The notes under the pieces: generated by a model
Database searches by the model: none
What the model was told of the DNA's origin: nothing
Seen by the model: only the letters and a program-made list of their open reading frames with translations
Source of the DNA: Eledone cirrhosa
Taxonomy: Eukaryota
NCBI GenBank assembly: GCA_964016885.1
Contig: OZ024740.1
Coordinates: 184,450,001 to 184,514,000, forward strand
DNA length: 64,000 nucleotides
Direction of reading: 5' to 3'
Shown here: one piece after another, positions 34,901-50,287 of the stretch
Numbering within the stretch: the stretch's first letter is position 1
Layout of the letters: each line of letters opens with the position of its first letter
Translations under genes and position numbers: made by a program

Positions 34901-35773
34901 ATACTTTTGGAGGGTCATGTTGCTAAACAAATTCAGAAACGAAATATATATATATATATATATATTTCTCCGAACATTTGTGTATTTACATGTAGGTATG
35001 TGTGTGCGCTTGTTATATACGTATTTTATTTATATACGTTTATTTAATTATTTATTTATTTGTATACACGCACACACACACACACACACATATTTATATG
35101 TGCGTGGTTTTGTATACCTATGGCAAGTGTTTTGCGTATGCTTGTGTATGTACGTATTTGCATGCGTGTATGCATTTATTTAATTTCTATTACCTCTGTA
35201 TTGTATTTTATTTACTTTATTCTTAACTCTGAAGCGGAGATTCATTCGGTTTCCTAGTTAGATTTCTTGTCTACGACTTCAGCTATACCATTTACGTGGT
35301 TTTGTCTTTGCGTGCAATTGTTCTCCACGTTCCACATATGACGTATTATCTTGGTTTTTTTCGTTCATTGCCAGAGAACGTCTCTATGAACCACCTAAGA
35401 GAACATTTGTCCACGACTTCTTTTATACCATAAACGTGGATTTGTCTTTGCGCGTAATTGTTTTTCACCACTCCTATTAATGACGTATTATATTCTTTTT
35501 TTCCCGTTCTTTGCCAGGGAACGTTTCCACGAACCAAAGTATCGTCTTCCTGTCTTCCTCCGGTTGCAACGTTTTTTTGAAATATCAACTTCAGCGTTTA
35601 CAGATTGACTTTGTTAATTTCAGAAGATCCCGTTAAGGGTGAAAGCAGCGATTCTTTGCTTAAACTTTAATCTGTTATTTTAATAAATATTTGCTCTACG
35701 TTTCTCATATATTTGATATATATTTATCCTTATCGAGCCCTCTTTGGATTTTAGTCTTCAAATTTATTATTAT

Positions 35774-35817
<44 letters not shown>

Positions 35818-35833
35818 CAGTATGATTGTATCA

Positions 35834-35932
35834 ACACCAACACCAACACCAGCACCAACACCAACACCAGCACCAACACCAGCACCTACACCAGCACCAA
35901 CACCAACACCACCACCAACACCAGCACCAACA
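35834..35932. repeat. (CACCAR)n hexamer microsatellite
   Basis: Direct reading. Confidence 0.9.
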
Positions 35933-38300
35933 CTTGGCTGAGAGTTACAGTCCTTTACATTCTCAGGTTAACGTTGCCTTTCATCCTTACAGGGTCGATA
36001 AAATAAAACACCAGTAATGCACTGGTATTAATTTAACCAATTTTCCCCTCCACTTCAAATTGCTGGCGTTGTGCCTGAATTAGAAACAATTATTATTTTA
36101 TGTTCCAATAAATCAATTTCCTAGACATGTAGTATTTGTTTTCATAAGCTTACTTTAAATTTTCCAAATGTTAACCTTTAATATGATTTATCTTAACACA
36201 TTTTAGATTTAAAGATCAAAGATGATCATTTTAGTTTTTGTTTTTTACTTTTGATTTAATATTTTCTAGTTTTATTGTTTTTTATTGTTATTTTTCAGAA
36301 TGTTGCTATAAAATAGATTAATATTACTTAAAATTATTGCAGTACTATGTTTATTGGTTTATTGCTTTGTCAGGAAGAAGGTCTGTGCTCATGAACCTCA
36401 TCAGAATCCTTCGAAATTGGTGATAGTGAAGGAGGAAATTGCCTCCTCACTGGTCATCTGGCTTGAATGCTTGCAACAGAATAGACTATGCTAAAGTCAC
36501 CACAGGTTCAGGTTGTAGTGTTAAATTAAGTGCTGGATTAATTTTATCACTTAATTTGATGAAAGTAGGATTTGAATTCAGGACAGAAAGATCAAGAACA
36601 AGTATTGCAAACATCCTGTCTGATTTTGTAACTATTCTGTAAGTCCATAGTATATAGATAATTCATAGATGGTGAATTGGCCGAGTCGTTAGAATGTTGG
36701 ATAGAATGCGTTATGGCAGTTGTTTCGGCTTCCTGCTCTTGTGTTCAAATTCTGCCGAAGTCAATTTTGCCTTTCATCCTTTCAAGGTCGATAAAAAAGT
36801 ATCAGCCTCGTACTGGGGTCGATTCTTCCTCTATATCCCTTTCTCATTTCCTCTCTCACATTTTCTATCTTTCTCTGGAATAAATCTGATGTACTCAGGC
36901 CTGGAGAAGGATGAGCTCCGCCAGGTTTAAAATGCTCAAGAAATGCCTTATATCAATATGGCGCTCCCACAACTTTATCAGGGGTTAGGATGCCATATAT
37001 ACATACATATAATTCTTTATCTCAGAAGAATGAAGAGCTAAGTTGCAAAATGTGATCACACAACACAAGAAGTGGTATTAAATATCACAAGGCACTTAAT
37101 TCCACCCCACACTGATGTTTTTGCCAAATTACCCACTAAGTTATGAAGTACTTTGTCAATCATTGTATAAAAATAAGTTTGCTTTGTATTTCATATTCTT
37201 TAACAATTGGAGTTATCTATTACAATATATAATGTATTTTAGATTGCTTTTAGATGTTACTTCAGCTAAACATCCACAAACATTCTTAGTATAGCTTGTT
37301 GCTGGTAATTTGATTCCATTGAAATTTAACTACATGTTCTATGATGGTTGTACAATCCTATTTTTGACCTAATTGATGTTGATGACATTGAAATTGCAAA
37401 GCAGTTGGATCCAAAAGGTTTCTAATAATAATAATATCAATAATAGTAATCTTTTTTCTTTTTTTTTTCTTCTTCATTGTCGTTTTCCTTCTTCTACTTC
37501 TTCTTCTTACTGGAAGGGTCGTGGGGCAGCATCCACTTGTCAGTGGCTGAATTCACGAGAGAGATCAGCCAAGCTCAAGAATGGATTCCACCCATCTTGC
37601 TCAGGGTCTACCACTGGATCTCCTGCCAATTCTTTTTTACGTAGAAAATTGTCTAGTAATTCTTTCCTGAAATATTCTAACCACATGCTCTTAATATTGA
37701 AGCTGTGGTCTTTCAATTAAGGAAAAGTAGCAGCTCTACCTGGAGTGACTCTCTGATCTCCAAGCTATGCAGAGATCTGAGTAAAATTACTCCAAAATCT
37801 TTTTGAAGGAACCTCATTTCAGCTGCTTGTAAGTTTCTGTCAATTTTATTTCTAAGGCAACTTTTGGTTATATCTGTTTTCTTCGATTAAATATGTCATC
37901 ACTAACTTACTTCTCATCTATAGTGTTGGGTTAGATTTTTAAATAACGATTTTTTTTTTGTTGGGGGGGGGGGGGGGGGTCGAAATACTGTAGATTTCTT
38001 TCAATAATCAATTTAAATAACTATTCCAATTCATATCTGTATGTATTTTTAAAATAATAGCTTCAGGGGCAAATACGAAAAAACCAATAATTTCATGATT
38101 AAATGAAATTTATTCAACAAGAAACATTGCTTCGTATAAACGGAAGAAAAAAACAACGAGTAATTAACGTTAGTTTTAGTGCATATTCTTTTGCATAAAA
38201 TTTGTGAATAAAATATTGAAATGCAATATTTCTAATTTAATTTAATTTTGAAATTCACTTTAATTATCTTATATATGTATGTATATGTACGTATATTCAA

Positions 38301-38339
<39 letters not shown>

Positions 38340-38369
38340 CATTCGCACAAACACACACACAATATATAT

Positions 38370-38460
<91 letters not shown>

Positions 38461-38965
38461 GTGTGTGTATATAATTTGTTACGCTGGAGATGGAAATGGA
38501 TTTTAAACAACTTATTTCCAAAACTAATTGGAACTAATGACAATTGATATTGATGTTGAGATTATTATTAGCTTTAAACATGTTTTATCCAGAATGAATT
38601 TTAGAAATTCGTGCAGCTGAATCTGGCAAATACAAACAAAAAAAAGGTCCTCTTATAAGAAATAAATGTAGATTCTGTGTGTCTATATATGAGTTTTTAA
38701 TCGCTTATTTCTTTTTACTTTTATAAAAATACAATCACAAGTCAGATGTCACTGGTTAATTCAAATTCTTCAAGAAATTATAACATTGTTTAATTTTAAA
38801 TCTGACTGCATCATATTTATAGCATTCAGGTTCCTTAAATTTAGATTAGTCCATGACCTAGTTACTTTTTCTTCAAAAAATGTATTTTTGATTCATTCAA
38901 GACATTTTTATCTTTCATAAAATCTATGAATATTTCAGATTTTCATCGCCACTGAATTGTGTATG

Positions 38966-39002
<37 letters not shown>

Positions 39003-39106
39003 TGTATGCATAGTATATTTGGCAGCATACCGTATGTTTAATTAAAAACATTTAGAAGATCATACGCTATCATTTTTAAAGTAGTGACTATGTCACTTAC
39101 TTCTTT

Positions 39107-39190
39107 TCGGCGAAAGAGGGGAGAGAAGCTGAAGTCTGTTTCACGCTAGTTGGCGTTCGTCAGAGCCGCGTACTCCCCTGCGTTTGCCGA
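39107..39190 (-). ncRNA. Hammerhead homologous to 18870-18956 (stem III damaged)
   Basis: Reverse complement GCGGCT-CTGACGA-ACGC...GCGT-GAAA-CAGACT-TC-AGC. Confidence 0.65.
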
Positions 39191-39213
39191 TATAGATATA
39201 TATATATATATAG

Positions 39214-39249
<36 letters not shown>

Positions 39250-39665
39250 ATGGTAAACAGAAATAACAACGCAATCGGTACAGTATATGGAAGGAATATA
39301 TTAGGTTAACATTTAAAATGGCAAGAAGAGGGCCTTAACGTTTCGGACGTTAGTTTTTCATCAGAAGAAAGAATGAGAAATAAGATAGATTGAAGGGATG
39401 GGTGTGGTGGAATTGGAAAAAATGTATTTAGCTAAACACAATAGGTTTAATCATGTTGACATGTCTTGGAAAAGTATATATATATATATATAAATCAAGA
39501 TGGATACAGTAAGAAACTGGTTAGACCATTACTCACCAGAGTACTTGATACTTGGGGTAGTAGAGTATGGTTATATGAAGGAATCAAGACTGCAATCACT
39601 CAGCTCTTGCCATCTGGAACTAGCTGTTGAAACTGCAAGAGTTCAGCCATCAGGGTACTGACTTA

Positions 39666-39722
<57 letters not shown>

Positions 39723-39724
<2 letters not shown>

Positions 39725-41842
39725 GTGGAGAGTAAATAAAGGAGAACAAACCGTTAGAACATGTTTATTTAAAATAGCACCTACGTACGTTTCGCTCTAA
39801 TGGGCTTCTCAAGGGCATAAACAACTAAAAAGCGTTCCTTACATGACCCGGAATGGGCTTTTAGAAATAAGTTCACGTCAGTGTTCATTCTTCGTAAAAA
39901 AAAACATGTATTGATTTTGCAGTAGTTCAGGAGAGATAACTCTAGCTGGTGTTAGAGCAGTCTTTTCCGGACGATTTTTTTTACCCGTTACTACTATGTG
40001 GTTACTACCCTACCATTGTCGATACGCACAGGGTCAGGTATGCAACGTTAGTTTCGAGACGTTTGTTTGCTGCGCCTGCCCGCCTGGGTGGATTCTTGCC
40101 GGGTCTGGGATGCATGGTTAGTTACCGGATGTTTTTTGCAGCGCCTGTCCGCCGGGGTATTAAAGTTTGGTGCAGGGAGACCCGGTTTACGGTTTCCACT
40201 CCTCGTTCTTATTCCATCTGGAGTAGGATATTTTAAAGCGGTGTGTACAGCTTATCGTCGTTTCAGCTCTGCTGCTGATGAGCTCGTGGGGTGCCGTAAT
40301 GATATGGTAGAGCTCCATGAGGCAAAGCTCGTACTTACTATTGTACGGTGCAACTCTGCCGACAATTTCCCAGTGCATGGAGAAGCTGATGTTTGAGTCT
40401 TTTAATGCTGTGATGTAGTTCGCGAGCGAAGTGGAGTGTCTTAGTTTCTTGTTTGCGAAAGATTGGAGATGTGTTCGAAATCTATTTTTGAACAGGCTAG
40501 AGGTAGACCCTATATAATGTTTAACGCTATTATGGCTAGTGCTGGCAACATACACTACAGACGCAACCAACATAACCACGAAATGACTGAGGAATATGCA
40601 GGTGACCCGAACGGGTGGTCACCTGACGGCAACGGAAGACGCTGCTGCGTGCGGAATAATAATGGTACCACCCCGCATGCAGTGTGTTATGATGGTGCTA
40701 ATAACAGGTGTAGGAGCGTAGGTAACAACGTAGATAGAAATAATAATAGCCTTACCCTGGGAACTAGAATGGACCGCGACCGAAATTGCAACTGCCGCGA
40801 CAGGGGACGCTGCCCCCTTAGGGGTAACTACCTGACTGATAGGGTTATATATAGGTGCACCGTAATTAGCCATAATAGCGTTAAGCATTATATAGGGGCT
40901 ACCTCTGGCCCGTTCAAAAATAGAGTTCGAACCCATCTTCACTCTTTCGGAAACAAGAAACTAAGACACTCCACTTCGCTCGCGAACTACATCACAGCAT
41001 TAAAAGACTCAAACATCAGCTTCTCCATGCACTGGGAAATTGTCGGCAGAGCTGCACCGTGCAAGAGGATGTGCGAGCTTTGCCTCATGGAGCTCTACCA
41101 TATCACTACGGCACCCCACGAGCTCATCAACAGCAGAGCGGAAATGAGGATAAGCTGTAGACACCGCTTAAAAATATCCTACTCCAGAGGGAATAAGAAC
41201 GAGGAGTGGAAACCGTAAACCGTGTCACACTGCACCAAGCGTAAACACCCCGGCGGGCACGCGCTGCAAAAAACATCCGGAAACTAACCATGCATCCCAG
41301 ACCCTGCAAGAATCGAACCAGGCGGGCAGGCGCAGCAAGCAAACGTCTCGAAACTAACGTTGCATACCTGACCCTTGTGCGTATCGACAATGGTAGGGTA
41401 GTAACCACATAGTAGTAACGGGTAAAAAAATCGTCCGGAAAACACTGCTCTAACACCGACTAGAGTCATCTTCCTTGACCTACTGCAAAATCAATGCATG
41501 TTTTTTTTTACGAAGAATGAACTCTGACGTGAACTTATTTCTAAAAATTCATTCCGGGTCATGTAAGGAACGCTTTTTAGTTGTTTATGCCCTTGAGAAG
41601 CCCATTCGAGCGAAACGTACGTAGGTGCTATTTTAAATAAACATGTTCTAACGGTTTGTTCTCCTTTATTTACTTCTCCACGTTCTTCCGCTCTGCTAAT
41701 TCTCTCGCCCCCTAGATATTAACACTTCTAATATTTAACAGTGCCGGCACTAGTATTGAGCTCCCTTTGCATACGCTATTGGAAAATAACTACATGTATC
41801 GCCTATCCCTCCTTCTCTCTCTCGATACGTAAATATTCTCTA
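39723..41842. mobile_element. PLE family B: endonuclease and 3' UTR only, as an inverted pair (minus 39723-40539, plus 40539-41842)
   Basis: ORF 40463-41218 has CNCRDRGRCPLRGN, HYIGATSGPFKNR, CELC, CRH; UUGAGAA hammerheads at 39777-39816 (-) and 41589-41628 (+); same 3' end as the 23-25.8 kb copy. Confidence 0.9.
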
Positions 41843-41851
41843 TATATATAT

Positions 41852-44800
41852 ATCATCATCATCATCATTTAACGTTCATATTCCACGCTTGCATGGATTT
41901 GGACGGGAGTTTTCCCACTTGAGGCAAGAGTGTTGTCTTGCTCGCATAGGACTGTCTGGCGGGTTTTCTACAGCTGGATGCCCTTCCTAACACCAACCAC
42001 ATTTACGGTGTGGAACTGGGAGGTTTTTACCGTGTTACCTACAAGGCCACATACAGCGTGGACCGTGTGTTTTTTTGTCGTGACACCTACACGACATCAT
42101 TTGTTTCGGCCTGGATGTTAGTACCAACATAACTTTACATTGAAAGGGGTGGTGTGGATGGGGTGTGGGTAGTGGTACGGGGGTGTATTTTGTTAGAGGT
42201 GCCTACTGACTGTAGTAGGTTTAACTTTGTATTTAGATAAGGCGGGTCTTCTCTATTACTGTGTAGCGCCAAAGATCTCGGTCCAGTGACTTGTCTTGGA
42301 GAGATGTAAGTGTGTGAGGTCGGAATTTATCAAGTCGTCCCAGGTTTTTCTGGGTCTGCCTACTCCGTGGCTACCGTCTATTTTTAGTAACCTGCACTTT
42401 TTTATACAGCTGTCGTCTTTCATGCGCATCACGTGACCATACCAACGTAGCTTTCTCTCGGGTAAACAACATCTGATCCCTCTTATTTATACTTTTTCCC
42501 TTAGTTCGTTTATGCTTTGCTTTTCACGTATATTACTATTACACATCCAGCGAAGCATGCAAGCTTCGTTCCTCTCTAGTCTGCGTATGTCCTCAGCACT
42601 CAATGTCCAGGTCTCACTGCCATGCAACATTGCTGTTCGTATGCAGGCATCATACAGCCTGCCTTTCATTTTTAGGGAGAACCCTTTAGCGGCTAATAGT
42701 GGTATAAGCTCTTTGAACTTTTTCCATCAAGTTCTGACTCTAGCTACTGTACTTTCGGAGCACCCTCCCCCACTGCTGATTTTGTCACCCAGGTAACGGA
42801 AGCTGTCCTCTATTTCTATAGAACCATCTGTGCAATTGAAAGAGCTAGTATTCTGTGGGCACTTGCTGCTACTTATTGTACCAGAGCACCGGCCACATAT
42901 AAAATCTCTTCTTAGTTAGCTTACCTGTGATCCCACTACATCTTTTATGCACACATACTTCGCATTTGGGACATAAAATGGAGTTTCTACCTACTCCTTT
43001 CCTACACACTGAGCATGGCCATTTCCCGGATGGGACCGGCGCCCTATTTTCCTTCCTACAAACGAGAACTTTAGTCTTAGACAGGTTAATTTTAAGGCCT
43101 TTTGATTCTAGGCCAAGCTTCCATGTTTGGAATTTCTTCTCTAGTTCGGCCATTGATTCAGCTATGAGCGTTAGATCATCTGCGTATAGGAGTTCCCATG
43201 GGCAGCCGGTCTTGAACTCCACTGTTATAGCCCGACGCGCAATAATAAATAGTAGGGGGCTAAGAACGGAGCCCCGATGAACACCAACTTTTACGCTAAA
43301 CTCTTCACTATATTCGTTGTTAATTCTAACCTTGCTGACTGTTTCTTTATACATGGCTTGTATAGCTCTCACAAGCCATTCATAAACACCTAGTTTTTTA
43401 AGAGCCCACCAGATAATGGAACGGGGGACTCTGTCGAAGGCTTTCTCCAAGTCGACAAAAGCTAAGTATAGGGGTTTACTTTTAGCTAGGTACTTCTCCT
43501 GTAGTTGTCGTACAATGAAAAGAGCGTCTGTGGTACTTTTGCCTGACACAAACCTGAACTGCATTTCATCTAGATCAATTCTCTCTCTGATTAGTTGCGC
43601 TATTACTTTTTCTGTGACCTTCATTACCTGGTCGATTAATTTAATGCCTCTATAGTTACTCCTATCTAGGGCATCTCCTTTACCCATGTAGCATTTAATG
43701 ATGATGCTGCTACGCCAGTCCTTCGGAACAACCCCATTCTGTAGAACTTGGTTTACTATCCGGGTGACTATGGTGAGTCCCACCGTTCCAGAAGCTTTCA
43801 GCATTTCAGCAACTATTTCCGAAGGCCCAGCCGCCTTACACGTCTTCATATCTTTGATTGCCTTACTTATTATACTACCTTCGACTAACACTGCTGGTCC
43901 CTCTATTGGGTCGATGTGGGGGAGACTGTCTTTCTCCCATTTATTCTCCTCATTTAGTAGCCTTTCTTAGTGACACTTCCAAGTGAGGGCAAGTACACCA
44001 TCATCATTAAGTACACACTTCTCCCCGACAATATCACGGTTTTCCTTGACACATTGCCTAGCAATCCTGAACACCTCACGTTTTTGCTCCTCGCGTTGTA
44101 GAACATGCTTGAACTTTCTTTCCTCTGCTTCCCTTCCTGCGAAGTACACTTGTCTCCTAGCTTCCCTTCTGGCCACTTGATAGTCTTCTCTACTTCCCCC
44201 ATCCCGCCATACTTCCCAAGCCTGCTTTTTGGCTTTAATTGACTCCTCCACCTTACTGTTCCACCACTATGTTACTCTCCTCCTGCCTATAGGCCTGCTC
44301 CAGTCACAGACTTCGTCTGCCGCCATCAGCAGTTTTGCTTTCAGGAATTCCCACTGTTCCTCTATATTGTACGACTCTAAATGCTCTTCCTTACCGTCGA
44401 AAGCATCAAGTAATATGCTTTTAAATTTATTTCTGGCTGTGGGGTCCTTTAGCTTCCATATTTTTCTCCTAAGGATAGTCCTTTTCTGCTGTCGAGTATG
44501 TCTCGTCCTGACTATGAGGTCGCTAATTATCAGTCTATGTTGGGAGGTGCATTCTTCATGGGGGAGGGATTTAGTGTTTACAACAGACACTCTGTCACGT
44601 TTTCTGGTAAGAATATAATCTACCTGGCTGTTATGTTCCCCTGATCTGTAGGTGATCTGTGATTGTCTCGTTTTTTGAAGTTAGTGTTACAGATAGTTGG
44701 GTTATTTGCGTCACAGAATTCCAGGATTCTGGAGTCTTCCTCATTTCTAGTACCAAACCCATAGCATCCGTGGATTCCATCATAGCCGTCACAATGTTTT

Positions 44801-45870
44801 CCAACGTGACCATTTAGATCGCCAGCAATAATTATATAGTCACTGTCGGTTATTTGGGAGGTAGTGAGCATCAGTGTCTCATAGAAACTGTCTTTTATAG
44901 CGCCAGGCAGTCCGGATTGGGGCGCGTACGCAGATATTACCGTCACAGTAGTTTTATTTAGAACAAGTCTTATCTTAATGATTCTGTTATTCACTCTATT
45001 TACGTCTATTATCTTATCCACCCATTTTTCTGCTAACATGATTCCTACCCCACCCAGCCCATTGTCAGAAAAGCTTATAGCATCGTCTTTTACCTACAAT
45101 GAATCTAGCAGACTCGCCCCTCCTCCGGTCCCTTGGATACAGCAAGCATCAATCTCCTTACGTTCAAGCATTTCTACAACCTCGTTAGAGCGGCCTTTTA
45201 AGGTGCCTACATTCATGGTACCAACTCTGAAGTTTGGGATTGCGTTTGGTGGGTGGGGCGCAGGGAGGGGTGAGGGGGATTGGGTTGGGGTTATGTTGGC
45301 CATCCGCGGCCGCAATAAAGAGGAGAGGGTCTTGCCCTTTCGTCCGGCAGCATGAGGTGAATTTGTCGTTATCTTTGGCATTTGTCTTCGAGTATCCAGA
45401 TTCTTCAGACTCTCCGGAAATTCCTTAGTCCATCCATCATCAAAAGCAACCAGAAGTGATAGCATAGGCGTTGACTTGTGATTGGTCCAAATAATAAAGG
45501 TGGAGAGTGGGGGCGGGAAGGAGGGGTATGGGGTAGTTAGCGAGGAGCAGGCTTATTTATATTTTGTGCGAGTAGGGAGTGAGAGAGGGAGTGAGAGAGC
45601 GACGTATATTATAGAGAGAGTGGGGGTGATAGCAATTTTAGCGGGCCGAGAGAGAAGCCATTTTTATGAATCCTGGAAAAATTTTCGCCCAAAATGGTAG
45701 CGAGAAAATTATTTAGAACAAGCGTGGAGAAGATTTTTTAGAACAGTGAGGCAGAATTATAGAATAGCAATTATCAAGTAGGATTTTGGATTCTGGGCGA
45801 TTATAGATATATGGATGAATGAACCGAAGGGTGGGGAGGCAAGAGAAAATGTTATTTATACGTTACATTT
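41852..45870 (-). mobile_element. Nearly full-length RTE LINE (APE endonuclease, RT, Cys-rich insert), several stops and frameshifts; 5' boundary approximate
   Basis: FRVGTMNVGTL, ISAYAPQ, GDLNGHVG, FVDLEKAFDRVP, GSVLSPLLF, LLYADDL, CSVC...CPKC...HKRC, RWYGHV; (GAT)n tail at 41852-41867. Confidence 0.92.
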
Positions 45871-46315
45871 CGTAGAAGCGTACTGACCATTAATAAGAGT
45901 TGACAAATTCTGAGTTTTGTCCCTCGTAACAGGCTTATTTATATTTGGTTTGGTTTCTACGGCTGGATGACCTCCCTTATGCCAACCACATTTACATTCA
46001 GTCTTGGGTGCTTTTTGTTGTGACGCCTACATAACCCTTTACAATATGGGATGGGTTCTTTCTGCTGTGATATCTATACGACCACTTCACAGTTTGGGCT
46101 GGACGCTGTTTATCATGTCGCCATCAGGACCACTTTACAGTGCAGGCTGGTGACTTTGGTGGGAGAGTGTGTGGGGATTGGAGATATGGGTATTTGGGCA
46201 TGTGTGGGGTTGGAGTGTTAGGACAAGGAAAATAAATGGAATGTTGGTGAAGGTGGTGCACACTAGATGTATGCTTCACCCTGAGCCCATGGGAGGTGAG
46301 TAGAAATGAAGGAAT

Positions 46316-46358
<43 letters not shown>

Positions 46359-48221
46359 GTGTGTGTGTGTATGTTTGTATGCGTGAATGTTATATACTCA
46401 TATATATAGCCATCATATTAGAGTGTGAGTGGATCATATGATACATCAAATCAGTGTAACTATTCTGCATGATAAATCAAGTGGCTATAGAAAAAACAGA
46501 TTTCTGGGGAATATAACTTATGATTAATATTTGATTTCTAATTGAAGTCCTTAAAACCTTTTCATGTACCACTATGTTGGCAAAGAGAAGAGCATGACTG
46601 CTTCTCAAACCCACTATAAATCTGAAGCCTAGCATCTCTTAGAACTAATCAATAATGGGTTTTTCTTTACCATGTAGGTAAAACATATAGCTAAATAGAT
46701 AAGTTATTGAACTATTTGCTTATAGGCTGTGAATTTCCTGGTACTGAAGGCATTTCATTGTATTTTTTTGTAGATTGTATTATTCTACATTGCATTAGGA
46801 GAAATAGTTTTCAATATATACATTGTTCTATCTAGAAAACGATTTATCTCTCATTACCTTACTGTAAAACATTGCAGACACTTTGGTCTGAAGCAGCATC
46901 CATGCACATACAGGTATTCATTGCTTTGTCACCTCAGATTATTAATGAACTGAATAAAGGGAAACAAACTGAAAGGATTTTCTTGATTTTCTATCTTGAT
47001 GCCATCATAAAAAGCACCCATATCACATTGTAAAGTAATAGGAAGGGTATTTAGCTTTACAAACCAAGTCAAAAACAGATATATATGAGCAAGACCTATT
47101 CACCTGACCTGACTTGTCTCTAAAGGGACAGCCCATCTAACCCATGCAAACATGGAAGATAGGCATTAAATGAAGATGGTAATGATGATCTTGTACAAGT
47201 TTACTTGGTGTAATTATTTTACCCATCACAAACCCTGTCTATGTTCTTGCTTTGCTATAATATATTAACAGTTTATTTTGAGTAAATTAGCTGAGAATTG
47301 GTGCCAGATTAAAAAGGCTCTGTAATAAAATTAAAATGTGGCATAAAGATGAAAAGCAATGTCGCACATAAGGTGAAGCCTGTTGCAAATGCTATTCTGG
47401 TGACTAGGTTAATTTAGCACAGTATAAGAAAAAAAAAAGAAAGAATGTCATAATTAAGTATCTAATGTCAAAAATCCTTTGATTTATGTCTATATTATAT
47501 ATAGCAACAACAAAAGTGATTATCTAAATCAACTAATATTCTGAAGCAAGTAGCTACATTACATTTGTGATGTTCCCTACAAATATTTAGCTTAAAGTTC
47601 ATAACGTTTAGATGGCACTATTTCACCTCAGATAGCCCTGCTCAGTTTAATATCATACCAAAACACATAAAGAGAGAAGTTCCTATAACATGCATGTATG
47701 TGTATATATATATATATATATATATACATACAAATAAAATATAGAGTTATTAACTCATATAGATACCCTGCAATTAACAATCGTATTTCGGCTCCTTATC
47801 TGTTGAGCTTATAAAAATGAGTGTAAATAGGCTATTATTTCTAGCATAACCACTCGCACTGCATATGACTTTCAACGCACGAGGTGTAAACTTTAGTGAA
47901 TTTATTGTTATAGGTGTTGTGTAGCATTTAGTCTTATCACTCGCTGACGAAATGCCTACGGATTACTTGTTACAAACACGATTCATTCAGGGTGAAACAG
48001 ATTAAATCCTTAATCTGGCCGAGAGGTGAAATGGTTATTGATATGGTATGTATAAGAAAGCTTGTAAGAAATCTTGTAACATCCCATATGATTTAGGTTG
48101 AATAATATATGGTTAAATAACATTTGTGGTGTAATCTAGCCTCGTAATTTTAAACACGAGATTACTGTGTTTACTTCTACACATATTAATATATATACAT
48201 ATATGTTATATATATATATAT

Positions 48222-48460
48222 ATCATCATTCATCATCATCATTTTTTACGTCCGCTTTTCCCTGTTTGCATGGGTGGGAGGGAAACTGATTCTGGCTTGA
48301 TTTCTACAGCTGGATGCCCTTCCTAACACCAACGTCATTTACAGTGAGTGCTGGGAGCTTTTTTTCCGTGGTGCCTACACGTTCACTTTGCAGTGGAATG
48401 ATAGGGAGCACATTCCCTATCATCTCATTTCTACAACTGAGTAAACTGGCGCAATATGAA
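48222..48460 (-). mobile_element. 5'-truncated SINE with RTE-type (GAT)n tail
   Basis: Homologous to the 3' half of 50962-51304. Confidence 0.78.
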
Positions 48461-48527
<67 letters not shown>

Positions 48528-48673
48528 TGTAATAAACAACATGAGATAATTATTTCATTTACCAGTGATTTCTTGTATCTTATGGTGTTTATTACTTAAC
48601 TAATAAGCTCTGTAGCCTACATAGAGCACTCTTTTTTCCTGCGCCTTTCCGAAGGAATTCATTTATTTATACA

Positions 48674-48712
<39 letters not shown>

Positions 48713-48741
48713 GTATATATATATATGTATATATATATATG

Positions 48742-48813
<72 letters not shown>

Positions 48814-48946
48814 CATATATATATATTTATTAAAATATCAGATTAAAGTTTAAGCTAAGAATTGCTGCTTTCACCCTTAACGGGATCTTCTGATTATTAC
48901 TATTATTATTATCACTATACATATATATATATACATATATATATAT

Positions 48947-49077
<131 letters not shown>

Positions 49078-49084
49078 GATATAT

Positions 49085-50014
49085 ACTTTGAATAACTTTG
49101 AAATGTTTTGGCCAGTATTGGCCCAGGCCATGTCTAACTTAATAGCATCACCTGGCGAAGTCTTTCAATTCAGGATTTGGGCACCATGGCCCATTCGAGA
49201 AGAGAATTACTGTTTGCGGAGACATATCCGGGTGTGGGTGGTTTGTCCGGGATTACTTGGAGGAATTTGTCCAAAGACTTCTTGAATTTTGTGTGGTCAG
49301 TTTCTGTTTTGACGTGTCCTGGTGTGATGTTGAAGAGAGCAGGGCCGATTGAGGTGAAATAATTGTGCCGTATTGTTGTTATGAGTTGCGATTTAGATTT
49401 TTGAATGGGACGGATAGCACGGGGCCCAAGCCTTGGGTGTATCTTGAAGGCGATGCCAACATCATTTGGGCAGTGATGATGGAACATTTTCCACATCATG
49501 CAGATAATATAACGCTCACGGCGACGTTGGAGTGAGTACAGTTTCAGGTTTTCCAATCGACCCCAGTAGTCAAGGTCTGACATGCCATCTATCTTTTTCG
49601 TGATTGCCCTTTGAGGAGCTTCAAGTTTCATGATACTTTGTTTCGTGTGGGGAGACCACAGTGGACAACAGTATTCAAGGTGTGGTCGGGCGAAAGTAGA
49701 GAAGAGAAGGATAATGGTGCGGGAATCTCTCGACTGGAAGGTTCTGAGGATCCAGGAACACATTCTGCGGGCCATGTCAACTTTGCTGCTTATATGCGTG
49801 GTCCAGCTTATGTTGCTGTCCACGGTTACTCCCAAGTCTCTGATGTTGTTAGATGCCACGAGAGTTTCCCCGGAGGGAAGGGAGTACGGGAGTTTCAGAG
49901 CATCCTCTTTTCCAAAGTGGATCAGTTCGAATTTGTCTTCGTTCAGTAACATGTTGTTCTTTTCTGCCCATTGGGTAACAGCCAGTAGGTCTGACTGAAG
50001 GCTTATCCGGTCTG
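49085..50014 (-). mobile_element. CR1/L2-group LINE 3' fragment with an uninterrupted frame, inside (TA)n
   Basis: LQSDL...[44 protein letters not shown]. Confidence 0.88.
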
Positions 50015-50016
50015 TA

Positions 50017-50106
<90 letters not shown>

Positions 50107-50114
50107 CATATATG

Positions 50115-50154
<40 letters not shown>

Positions 50155-50160
50155 TATACA

Positions 50161-50248
<88 letters not shown>

Positions 50249-50250
50249 TG

Positions 50251-50287
<37 letters not shown>

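Noticed and set aside
39334-39369. Minus-strand minimal hammerhead CTGATGA...GAAACGTT
   Set aside because: Core present but stem II is mostly unpaired, so treated as decayed
47940-48010. CTGACGA...GAAAC hammerhead candidate
   Set aside because: Could not build convincing stems I and III
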